Positions 26,424 through 34,119 of a stretch of 64,000 nucleotides of DNA are shown here, in pieces. The notes below the pieces were generated by a model, which saw nothing but the letters and a program-made list of their open reading frames with translations, made no database searches and was not told where the DNA came from. Origin of the DNA: Candidatus Woesearchaeota archaeon. GTDB lineage: Archaea; Nanobdellota; Nanobdellia; Pacearchaeales; GW2011-AR1. Location: the NCBI GenBank assembly GCA_964608765.1, contig CAZSPD010000002.1:50205-114204 (forward strand), in the 5' to 3' direction. How positions within the stretch are numbered: the stretch's first letter is position 1; each line of letters starts with the position of its first letter. The translations under genes and the position numbers were made by a program.

Positions 26424-26465
26424 ACATAACCAGATCAGCAGAGACGTTTCTTTCATTCAGCTTTC

Positions 26466-26483
26466 ACTGCCTTAAATCCCGCC
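26466..26483. repeat. Right copy of an 18-nt direct repeat flanking the MNT-HEPN cassette
   Basis: See 25022-25039. The GC-rich core ATCCCGCC stands out in AT-rich intergenic DNA. Confidence 0.7.
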
Positions 26484-26524
26484 ATTGAACCAGCCTTCTT
26501 TTTAACGTTGTAAGAATGAATGTA

Positions 26525-26623
26525 TTAAGTATTAATCTTTAAAACTATTAAAACAAAGATTCCTATTAGTACTGCAGCAGCCAATACAGCTAAAACAATT
26601 AAAATTACTGACCTTTTTTCCAT
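26525..26623 (-). CDS. Possible 32-aa single-TM mini-protein
   Basis: MEKRSVILIVLAVLAAAVLIGIFVLIVLKINT, translated by hand. It is below the ORF-track size cutoff and has no further support. Confidence 0.25.
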   Translation of the reverse strand: MEKRSVILIVLAVLAAAVLIGIFVLIVLKINT

Positions 26624-26653
26624 TTATATTTAAACAATCCCATTTAAATAAAA

Positions 26654-27127
26654 TTAATCCTTCAAAACAACCAAATTATTCATCCCCCGTCTTTTTCTTT
26701 CAATTATCTGTTTTGATTCAAGTTTATCCAATAATCTTGTAGCTCCGACTTTTCCAATATTCAATTTCTCCATTAAATCAGCCTGAAACATTGCATTCCC
26801 CTCATTTAACAATAAATCTACAACCTCTTTTTCTTTTTTTTCAAGTCCTGAATAATCTTTCTTTTTCTTTTTCTCTTTTATTGTTTTTACAATTATTTTT
26901 TCTTTAGGCTTAACAAACATTAAAACAATCCCAATTATAAGAACAACTCCAACAATTGCTAAACTAACCCAGGTTTGAATTGCAATTGTATCATACATAG
27001 AACAAGAATCCCCGTGAGTGCATGTATCTCCAACTATCCTCTTTAAGGCATTATTAAATATCCAGACTATAACTGCCATTAAAACAGCAATTCCAGTTAT
27101 TATCCAACCTACGGTTTTATTTTCCAT
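26654..27127 (-). CDS. Membrane-anchored winged-helix transcription regulator
   Basis: Two TM helices flank an extracytoplasmic CTHGDSCSMYD loop. C-terminal wHTH: EKEVVDLLLNEGNAMFQADLMEKLNIGKVGATRLLDKLESKQIIERKRRG. Confidence 0.55.
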   Translation of the reverse strand: MENKTVGWIITGIAVLMAVIVWIFNNALKRIVGDTCTHGDSCSMYDTIAIQTWVSLAIVGVVLIIGIVLMFVKPKEKIIVKTIKEKKKKKDYSGLEKKEKEVVDLLLNEGNAMFQADLMEKLNIGKVGATRLLDKLESKQIIERKRRGMNNLVVLKD

Positions 27128-27146
27128 GCTAAAAATTATCCTAAAA

Positions 27147-27809
27147 TTATTGTTCTATAATTATCTTATTTTCATCTATTCCTAATTTTAATAGATTTTT
27201 CCTCACTATTTTAACAAATTTTTGAGGTCCGCAAATATAAAAATATTTATTTAAATCAGTTATTTCTTTTTTGAGTAGATTACTACTAAGTTTCTTTTTA
27301 AGATATCCTTTTCTTTTTTCATCTGTTAATAAAAAAAGTACATTTTCTCCAAGTATATCAGTTAATTCTCTTTCGCATATAATATCTTTATAGGCTTTAT
27401 TAAAAAATAAAAGTTTGTTTTTCTTAGCTTCATCATTACTCATATTTCTAAGCATTGATAAAAACGGGGTTATTCCTGTTCCTCCTGCAATAAACATTCC
27501 TTCTCCTTTATATTCAAAATACCCAAATGTTTCTCCTATAATTAATTCATCTCCTGCTTTAAGATTATGAATTTTTTCAGTTATTCCATTAGAATATTTT
27601 TTTATTGTAAATTCTAAAACAGGATCATTGATTTTAGAAGTGAATGTAAAAGGCCTCTTTTCATTTTTTAAGTTTTCAGAATTAATTGAAATGTCTGTTG
27701 CTTGTCCTGGGATAAACTTATAATTAGATGGTTTTTCAAGTATAAACCTCTTAACATCATGAGTTACAAAATCTATTTTTAGTATTTTTACAGTGTATTC
27801 TTCAGACAT
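27147..27809 (-). CDS. FNR-like FAD/NAD(P)H oxidoreductase
   Basis: RPFTFTS (the RxYS/T FAD motif) and FIAGGTGITPF (the NAD(P)-binding GGxGxxP motif); 220 aa. Confidence 0.75.
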   Translation of the reverse strand: MSEEYTVKILKIDFVTHDVKRFILEKPSNYKFIPGQATDISINSENLKNEKRPFTFTSKINDPVLEFTIKKYSNGITEKIHNLKAGDELIIGETFGYFEYKGEGMFIAGGTGITPFLSMLRNMSNDEAKKNKLLFFNKAYKDIICERELTDILGENVLFLLTDEKRKGYLKKKLSSNLLKKEITDLNKYFYICGPQKFVKIVRKNLLKLGIDENKIIIEQ

Positions 27810-27845
27810 TTTACTTATTCTTTTAGTTTACTTTAGTTTAATTAT

Positions 27846-28235
27846 TTAATTGTTTGATTTATAGTCTTCAATAGCTTTTTTTAATGCTTGAGAAGCCATA
27901 GCTGAGCAATGAATTTTGATATTTGGAAGTCCTCCAAGTTCATTTACAATATCTTTGTAAGTTATTTTCTCAACATCTGCTAGTTTTTTTCCTTTTGCAA
28001 GTTTAGTAATCATAGAAGAAGTTGCAATAGCTGCTGCGCATCCAAAAGTTTTGAATTTAATATCCTTTAGTATTTCTTCTCCTTTCTCATTTTTCTCAAT
28101 TTTAATATATGCCCATAAAATATCCCCGCAAGTAGGGTTTCCAATTTTTCCAATACCACTAGGATTTTTTATTTCACCCATATTTTTAGGATTCATAAAT
28201 TCTTTCAAAACTTTTTTATTGTATTGTAAGGGCAT
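27846..28235 (-). CDS. iscU: Fe-S cluster assembly scaffold IscU/NifU-like
   Basis: GNPTCGD, FGCAAAIATSS and IHCSAMA supply the three conserved Cys motifs. Confidence 0.9.
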   Translation of the reverse strand: MPLQYNKKVLKEFMNPKNMGEIKNPSGIGKIGNPTCGDILWAYIKIEKNEKGEEILKDIKFKTFGCAAAIATSSMITKLAKGKKLADVEKITYKDIVNELGGLPNIKIHCSAMASQALKKAIEDYKSNN

Positions 28236-28247
28236 TTTAAAAATAAT

Positions 28248-28700
28248 TTAAATTAATTTTTCTCCTTTCAAAATATTCTTATGAGAGTAAGCTAATTTCA
28301 TATTTTTTATCTCAGAAGGTTTAAACCATTTAACATCTTGAGTTTCATCTTTGGGTTTAGGTGTTCCACTAATTATTTTTGCATAAAAAGGAATATCAAC
28401 ACTATGGAATCTACAAATTTTAGAAGGGAAAGTCTCGTAGGTATTCTTAGATTTTTTAATTAATTTAATATTAATTCCTAATTCTTCTTTAACTTCTCTT
28501 TTAGCAGTGTCTTCAAGTTTCTCATTATATTCAGGCATTCCACCTGGGAGTCCCCAGTATCCTGGAAAACTAGAAAGATTTTTGCTCCTTTTTCCAAGCA
28601 ATATTTCTTTTTTAGAATTTTGAATTATAACAGGAACTCCTACATAAACATATTTTTGTTTAATTAGTCTAGAAAATAAATTAATTAGCGAGTGAGTCAT
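28248..28700 (-). CDS. Nudix hydrolase
   Basis: A complete Nudix box, GMPEYNEKLEDTAKREVKEELGI (Gx5Ex7REVxEExGI). Confidence 0.85.
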   Translation of the reverse strand: MTHSLINLFSRLIKQKYVYVGVPVIIQNSKKEILLGKRSKNLSSFPGYWGLPGGMPEYNEKLEDTAKREVKEELGINIKLIKKSKNTYETFPSKICRFHSVDIPFYAKIISGTPKPKDETQDVKWFKPSEIKNMKLAYSHKNILKGEKLI

Positions 28701-29031
28701 TTTTTTTATTTCCTCTTTTTAAATTTATTTTATTTTTAATTTTAGCCTTAGTTTTAGATTTGGGCTTAGGATTATCTTCCTGATTTAATCTTTCAACAAA
28801 TTTACTAATTTCCTTATCATTCATTCCATGAGCCCTACATCCATCTTCAATTGTTTCCATTCTAGCCATAGGGCATCCCATACACCCCATTCCAGATGAA
28901 AGCAATATTCCAACTAATTCTGGTTTCTCAATAATCAGTTCATTCAAGTTTGTATTTTTAGTAATTGCAAGTTTTTTCATTTTAGTTTTCTTAAACTGAT
29001 TAATAGTGGTCTTCTTCTTCATAAAAATCAC
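28681..29031 (-). CDS. DUF1858 / hybrid-cluster-protein-associated redox disulfide domain protein
   Basis: NLNELIIEKPELVGILLSSGMGCMGCPMARMETIEDGC. The true start may be Met18 (28980), because a small upstream ORF overlaps the 5' end. Confidence 0.6.
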   Translation of the reverse strand: MIFMKKKTTINQFKKTKMKKLAITKNTNLNELIIEKPELVGILLSSGMGCMGCPMARMETIEDGCRAHGMNDKEISKFVERLNQEDNPKPKSKTKAKIKNKINLKRGNKKNDSLAN

Positions 29032-29137
29032 TTTCTTCAGTTTTTAAATTAGCATCTTTTCCATCTAATTCTTCTTCGCATTCTGCTTCATTTTTAAATT
29101 CGCAAGAATGCTCTTCAAATTGATTTTTTCTTTTCAT
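29000..29137 (-). CDS. Possible 45-aa acidic Cys-containing peptide
   Basis: Hand translation: MKRKNQFEEHSCEFKNEAECEEELDGKDANLKTEESDFYEEEDHY. AAGGAGGT lies 4-5 nt upstream of the ATG. Below the ORF-track cutoff. Confidence 0.35.
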   Translation of the reverse strand: MKRKNQFEEHSCEFKNEAECEEELDGKDANLKTEESDFYEEEDHY

Positions 29138-29195
29138 TTTACCTCCTTGTGTTATTTATTATTTTACAAATGAATATATTGTAATTCTATTCTAA

Positions 29196-30347
29196 TTATT
29201 TTATAATTGGACTTATTCTTCTAAGTTTTTTTACAATTTTAGATATTTTTTCAAGGAAATAATCAATGTCTCCTTCTGTAGTGTATTTGCTTATTGAAAT
29301 TCTTAGAGAACTATTTGATTCTAAAGAACTTAACCCTAATGCTTTTAGAACATGACTTGTTTGGAGAGTGTTTGACATACAGGCACTTCCTGTTGAAGTT
29401 AAAATTCCTTCATTTTCTAAATAACCTCCAATTGATTCTCCTTCAATATTATTAAATGAAACATTAATATTATTACACAATCTTTTATCTCCCCTAGGAC
29501 CATTTAATTTAACATTTTCAATATCTAGAAGTCCTTCAATTAATTTATCTCTTAGTTTAGACATTTTCTTAACATCTTTTTCACTTGCAATCTCTACTGC
29601 TTTAGCAAATCCCACTACTCCTGGGATATTCTCTGTTCCACTTCTTAATTTTTTTTCATGTCCTCCTCCGTGAGAGAGAGGTGTTATTTTAATCCCTTCT
29701 TTAATATATAATGCTCCAATTCCTTTAGGGCCATAAATTTTATGTGCATTTAAAGTAACTAAATCTAAATTTTGTTTATTTACATTAATAAAAGATTTAG
29801 TATAACTCTGACATGCATCAGTGTGAAATAAAACATTTTTCTCCTTGCATAATTTTCCTATTTCTTCAATATCTTGTATTGTACCCACTTCATTATTCCC
29901 ATGGATAATACTCACCAAAATTGTTTTATCTGTAATCTCTTTTCTAATATCTTCTAAATTAACAAATCCCTCTTTATTAACCTCTAAATAAGTTACTTTA
30001 GCTCCTTGAGTTTCTAACCATCTGCAAACATTTAACACAGAATCGTGTTCTATTTTAGTTGTTATTATGTGGTCTTTATTCGGATAATTTGAAAAAAACA
30101 ATCCTTTTAGAGCAAGATTATTTGCTTCTGTTCCTCCAGATGTAAAGATTATTTCCCCTGTGTTTGCTTTAATTGATTTTGCAATTGCTCTTCTACTTCT
30201 TTCTAAAACTTCTTTAGCTTTAATCCCAACAGCATGCTGAGAAGAAGCATTTCCAAATCTTTCACTAAGGTAAGGAATCATTTCTTTTACAACTTTCTCG
30301 TCAACTTTTGTTGTTGCTGCATTGTCAAAATAAATTTGTTTAGCCAT
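29196..30347 (-). CDS. iscS: Cysteine desulfurase (IscS/NifS class V aminotransferase)
   Basis: PLP-lysine region LNAHKIYGPKGIGALY and active-site loop TSTGSACMS; 383 aa. Confidence 0.9.
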   Translation of the reverse strand: MAKQIYFDNAATTKVDEKVVKEMIPYLSERFGNASSQHAVGIKAKEVLERSRRAIAKSIKANTGEIIFTSGGTEANNLALKGLFFSNYPNKDHIITTKIEHDSVLNVCRWLETQGAKVTYLEVNKEGFVNLEDIRKEITDKTILVSIIHGNNEVGTIQDIEEIGKLCKEKNVLFHTDACQSYTKSFINVNKQNLDLVTLNAHKIYGPKGIGALYIKEGIKITPLSHGGGHEKKLRSGTENIPGVVGFAKAVEIASEKDVKKMSKLRDKLIEGLLDIENVKLNGPRGDKRLCNNINVSFNNIEGESIGGYLENEGILTSTGSACMSNTLQTSHVLKALGLSSLESNSSLRISISKYTTEGDIDYFLEKISKIVKKLRRISPIIK

Positions 30348-30369
30348 TTTGTTTAATTATATTATTTTC

Positions 30370-30699
30370 CTATGCTATACACCCTTTACACTCTTTGCAT
30401 TTACAAAAAGATTTTGAATGTTCGTCAATCATCTTTAATAAAGGTAGTATGGTTCTTTTATTCAATGAATATACTCTCTCTTTTCCTCTCTTTTCAAATT
30501 CAACAATATTGCATCCTTTGAGTAACCTAAGTGCATGTGAAACTTTGCTTTGCTCAACTCCAAGTTTATGTACTATATCACTAACTGAACTTTCTCTTTC
30601 ATTAAGTACAGAGATTATACTTATTTTAAGAGGGTTTGCAAGGTTCCTGAAAAAAATATGATATGTTAAAAAATTACCACGTTTTAAATATTCGCTCAT
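30370..30699 (-). CDS. ArsR/SmtB-family transcription regulator with a C-terminal Cys cluster
   Basis: LANPLKISIISVLNERESSVSDIVHKLGVEQSKVSHALRLLKGCNIV, plus a C-terminal CKCKECKGC. Confidence 0.8.
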   Translation of the reverse strand: MSEYLKRGNFLTYHIFFRNLANPLKISIISVLNERESSVSDIVHKLGVEQSKVSHALRLLKGCNIVEFEKRGKERVYSLNKRTILPLLKMIDEHSKSFCKCKECKGCIA

Positions 30700-30754
30700 A
30701 TGAAATTAATTTCATAAGTATTTATAAATGTTTTGAAAAATAAAAATTTTAAAA

Positions 30755-30949
30755 CTATCCTCTATCTGGAAATATTTTTCTGTATTTAAATTTAGTATAA
30801 GTTTCTCTTATACGCATTTTATATTCTCTGTAAGAGTATTCTCTTCTTAAATAAGCGATTCTTCCTAATCTGACTTTATTTAATTTTTCTTCTAAATAAA
30901 TCCTTTCTTCTAAATCCCCTATGTCGTTGTCAAATATTTTATTTTTCAT
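30755..30949 (-). CDS. Hypothetical basic protein
   Basis: 64-aa ORF between the tRNA-Trp and arsR-like genes. No motif. Confidence 0.3.
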   Translation of the reverse strand: MKNKIFDNDIGDLEERIYLEEKLNKVRLGRIAYLRREYSYREYKMRIRETYTKFKYRKIFPDRG

Positions 30950-30962
30950 TTTTTAATTAAAA

Positions 30963-31033
30963 TGGGCGCGGAGAGAATCGAACTCCCGAATGGCGGTCTG
31001 GAGCCGCCCAGTTTACCACTAGCCTACGCACCC
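30963..31033 (-). tRNA. tRNA-Trp (anticodon CCA)
   Basis: Hand-folded reverse complement: GGGTGCGTAGGCTAGTGGTAAACTGGGCGGCTCCAGACCGCCATTCGGGAGTTCGATTCTCTCCGCGCCCA. It has a 7-bp acceptor stem, a GGCGG/CCGCC anticodon stem, the loop CU-CCA-GA and the T-loop TTCGATT. There is one C-A mismatch in the D stem, and no encoded CCA. Confidence 0.75.
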
Positions 31034-31119
31034 TAAATATATACAGGTGTATATTTGATAATTCAAACTTCTAAGGGTTTTTATTAATTTCCTTTTTATA
31101 TAGAATACTATCTTATCTT

Positions 31120-31812
31120 TTATTTTATTTTTTTAATCTCTTCGATTTCTTCATGAGAAATAGCACATCCTTTAGACTTTACTGCATATAAAAGTGCATC
31201 TAAAAGAAAAGTTCCATTTTTCAAATCAACTAATCCTTTTTTCCAGGCAACATAAATTAATTCTGCAGAGCGTATAACTTGAAAATCTTTAAAGTAATTG
31301 AAATTATTTTTAACTAATCTTATATTTGTGTGTAATTTCCTTATTAGTAATTCTCTGAGATTTTCAGGTTTTTCAATAAGCATCCTTGCTGTTCTCTCAT
31401 CTATAACAATAACATTTTTTATATTTTTTTTATTTAAAATACTGCTAAGTGCTAAACAAGAAGCTTCTCCTATGTGAAGTAGTTTGACAGGCTCTTTTGG
31501 ACTCATAAAAAAAGAATTTGCAATTTCCATGAGCTCCTCTGTTTTATTTGCTATACTATTATCATCTATCCCATAATCTTCTGCAAGTTCTATTATCTTA
31601 TCCTCTAATAATTTCTTAGTTCTTAATGCTTCGAGTTCAAAGTTCTTTATAGTTAGAGGTTTATCTATTACTTCTTTTTTTACTTGTCTAGTAATTAAAA
31701 AAGCACCATCAAAAATATTTTTAAGTGCTCTTAATTCTTTATCTAAACCATTCATTGATATTGTTATTAGAGCACCTGCATCAAATATCATTGCTTTATT
31801 TAATTTTTTCAT
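31120..31812 (-). CDS. PIN-like domain protein
   Basis: MIFDAGALITI, GEASCLALS and VIDERTARML follow the acidic-residue order of PIN domains; 230 aa. Confidence 0.45.
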   Translation of the reverse strand: MKKLNKAMIFDAGALITISMNGLDKELRALKNIFDGAFLITRQVKKEVIDKPLTIKNFELEALRTKKLLEDKIIELAEDYGIDDNSIANKTEELMEIANSFFMSPKEPVKLLHIGEASCLALSSILNKKNIKNVIVIDERTARMLIEKPENLRELLIRKLHTNIRLVKNNFNYFKDFQVIRSAELIYVAWKKGLVDLKNGTFLLDALLYAVKSKGCAISHEEIEEIKKIK

Positions 31813-31813
31813 T

Positions 31814-32086
31814 TTATCCTCTTAAATCTTTATAGTCTGGTTTTGTTTTAAGGATTTTAATAATATGGGCAATTGAGACTCCAACAAAGATTAAAGAGAG
31901 TGTAAGTGCTGGCCAAGATTTAGTTACAAATGTGCTTATTGCTAATCCAATAAAACCAAATAAATTTATAAGATGATACAAAACATAATTCATCTTAAGT
32001 TTCTTTGTAGTGTATAGGATGTATGCTAATATAATAAATATTACTCCAATCCACCCAATTAAAGAAAATGCTAATAGTTCATCCAT
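31814..32086 (-). CDS. Small three-TM membrane protein
   Basis: 90 aa, hydrophobic throughout. Confidence 0.45.
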   Translation of the reverse strand: MDELLAFSLIGWIGVIFIILAYILYTTKKLKMNYVLYHLINLFGFIGLAISTFVTKSWPALTLSLIFVGVSIAHIIKILKTKPDYKDLRG

Positions 32087-32646
32087 TATTCAAACATCTC
32101 CATAACTAATTTAATTCTAGATTTTGTATCTTTGGTTTTACTTTCACGAACATCAGGTATCCCTGTTTTTCCAGCATATTCTGCAAGCTCATATTGAGTT
32201 ATTCCTAAAAGATTAGCTGTTTGCTCCATTGAAATCCCGTGTTCATAAATTCTAGATGCCTTACTTACTTCTGCTGTTCTTAAAACCTCTTTAATATATT
32301 TTTTTAATTTTCCAGAAAGATTTTCAATACTGCCCCTAATCATTTTAAAATCTTCTCTAAATTTTTTATAATCTTCTTCTTCAATGTCTTTTATTGACTT
32401 ATCTAAATAAAGTAAAATATTTGAATAAAATTTTTTCCATCCTGGAAGTTGTCTGTAATCTATTCTTTCCATTATTTTACTTAAAGAATACACTATAACT
32501 GCAACAGCAATATTATCAATGTCTTGGCTAAGAGAAGCAGTGTTTATTGTTTGATTACTTAATCCTCTAATTTTGAATGTATCATTTGTTTCAAGAGCAG
32601 CACGTGTTTCTTTCAAGATTCTTAGGACATTATCTGGTTCTTGCAT
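32086..32646 (-). CDS. Putative transcription regulator with a C-terminal HTH
   Basis: C-terminal HGISMEQTANLLGITQYELAEYAGKTG resembles an XRE-type HTH. Confidence 0.45.
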   Translation of the reverse strand: MQEPDNVLRILKETRAALETNDTFKIRGLSNQTINTASLSQDIDNIAVAVIVYSLSKIMERIDYRQLPGWKKFYSNILLYLDKSIKDIEEEDYKKFREDFKMIRGSIENLSGKLKKYIKEVLRTAEVSKASRIYEHGISMEQTANLLGITQYELAEYAGKTGIPDVRESKTKDTKSRIKLVMEMFE

Positions 32647-32714
32647 ATTAATTACCTTCTTTTAAAGCTAAAAATAAATAGAAAGAGGATTATTTAAAGA
32701 TTAGGATTGTGTGC

Positions 32715-33185
32715 CTAATGTGGTAGGTAATTTTCTTTTTGAAATTTAAATCCTGAAACATAATATTTTGTCCAATCAGCTACACAATTTCTGTCAGTTA
32801 TAGAATCAAGAGGTTTAAATGGATATATTCCACCTTCAGGAATTTTTTCACAGTAATTCCTGTACAGATAATTGTTTAGGAGATTTAAATTAGATAGAAG
32901 CTTATTATGTGAGGAGTGTTGATTAGACCAAAATCTTTCCATTTCTTTTGTTGAATCCTCTGTCCATCTTTCACAGTCTCTAAGTCTCTTTAAATACGTT
33001 TCAAATTTAATAGAAGCATTAACATAATTTAAAGCAGAATAATCTAATTTTCTTAAAATTTTTAAACCTTCATCATCGTCTTTTAATATATTTTTTATTA
33101 AACTTCTTCTTTCTTTAGCCTTGATTATCTTGTCTTGCTTCACTTTATATTTATTATTTACTTCTTGGAGTGATTCTATTCTCAT
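32715..33185 (-). CDS. Hypothetical protein, paralog of 33463-33879 (CVADW family)
   Basis: The two ORFs share KAKERR..I..IL..D..GL..LR.L..SAL.YV, LLS.LN..N.YL..NY, P.GGIY and SI.DR.CVADW..YY..G.K. Confidence 0.5.
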   Translation of the reverse strand: MRIESLQEVNNKYKVKQDKIIKAKERRSLIKNILKDDDEGLKILRKLDYSALNYVNASIKFETYLKRLRDCERWTEDSTKEMERFWSNQHSSHNKLLSNLNLLNNYLYRNYCEKIPEGGIYPFKPLDSITDRNCVADWTKYYVSGFKFQKENYLPH

Positions 33186-33432
33186 AAAGATATTTCATCA
33201 GTTCAATTGAAAAATCCATTGGATGAACTTTCCTAAATTCTTCGTGTTTTTTAAGGTAGTCATAAATTTTATGCAAAGTTGAAGAATAATTTGGATTGTA
33301 CTTTTTGAAATTGTAAAGTGTTCTATGTACAAATCCAGAATAATACTCTGTACTTAATTTAGTTAAGTCTACAACTATACTTGCATTTTCTTTTTTAGAT
33401 ACAAAGTCTTTTATTAAATGTGTTAAGTCCAT
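33154..33432 (-). CDS. Hypothetical protein between the two CVADW paralogs
   Basis: 92-aa ORF whose 3' end overlaps the downstream paralog by 32 nt. Confidence 0.4.
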   Translation of the reverse strand: MDLTHLIKDFVSKKENASIVVDLTKLSTEYYSGFVHRTLYNFKKYNPNYSSTLHKIYDYLKKHEEFRKVHPMDFSIELMKYLYENRITPRSK

Positions 33433-33462
33433 TTTATTTGAATTAATCCTCCTTATTTAAAT

Positions 33463-33879
33463 TTAATTTCCACCTCCATTTTTAAGTCCAAACAAATAAT
33501 ACCCTGCCCAGTCAGCAACACAATGCCTATCTCTTATTGATTCTGGGGGTTCTAGAGAATATATTCCCCCTATTGGAGCATCTTCTCTATAATTATTAAA
33601 TAAATATCTATTAAATGAATTTAACTTGGATAAAAGAGCTTCGTGGGCTATTCTTTTATTAAAATCTAATTCTGCCACAACCTCTACAGAATTGTCTATA
33701 AATCTTTCAGAGTCTTGAAGTTTTCTTCTGTGTGCTTCAAAATTAACAGTAGTATCAACATAATCTAGTGCAGAAAATGTTAATCCTCTTAAAAGCCCTA
33801 ACCCCACTTCATCATTTTCCAATATTTTTTCTATTTTATTTCTCCTTTCTCTTGCTTTGTTTATTTCATTTTGATTCAT
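33463..33879 (-). CDS. Hypothetical protein, paralog of 32715-33185 (CVADW family)
   Basis: See 32715-33185. C-terminal IRDRHCVADWAGYYLFGLK. Confidence 0.5.
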   Translation of the reverse strand: MNQNEINKARERRNKIEKILENDEVGLGLLRGLTFSALDYVDTTVNFEAHRRKLQDSERFIDNSVEVVAELDFNKRIAHEALLSKLNSFNRYLFNNYREDAPIGGIYSLEPPESIRDRHCVADWAGYYLFGLKNGGGN

Positions 33880-33903
33880 TTTGATTCATTATAGTCTACT
33901 TGT

Positions 33904-34017
33904 TTATTTAAGTAAAAACCTAACAAATTTGTATAAAAGGATTGGAGGCAAAACTATTAGGAGTCCTAGGCCCATAAAAAATACCTCTGTTCCTGCCCAA
34001 AATTCAATCCATTCCAT
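33904..34017 (-). CDS. Possible 37-aa TM mini-protein
   Basis: Hand translation: MEWIEFWAGTEVFFMGLGLLIVLPPILLYKFVRFLLK. Below the ORF-track cutoff. Confidence 0.25.
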   Translation of the reverse strand: MEWIEFWAGTEVFFMGLGLLIVLPPILLYKFVRFLLK

Positions 34018-34119
34018 GTTATTTGCCAGAATTTCAGATATTTAAATCTTTCTAAATGTTACTATTATTTAGTGCTTACAATAGAAAAGATTTAAAAATA
34101 AGGGGCATTTGAGTAATTT

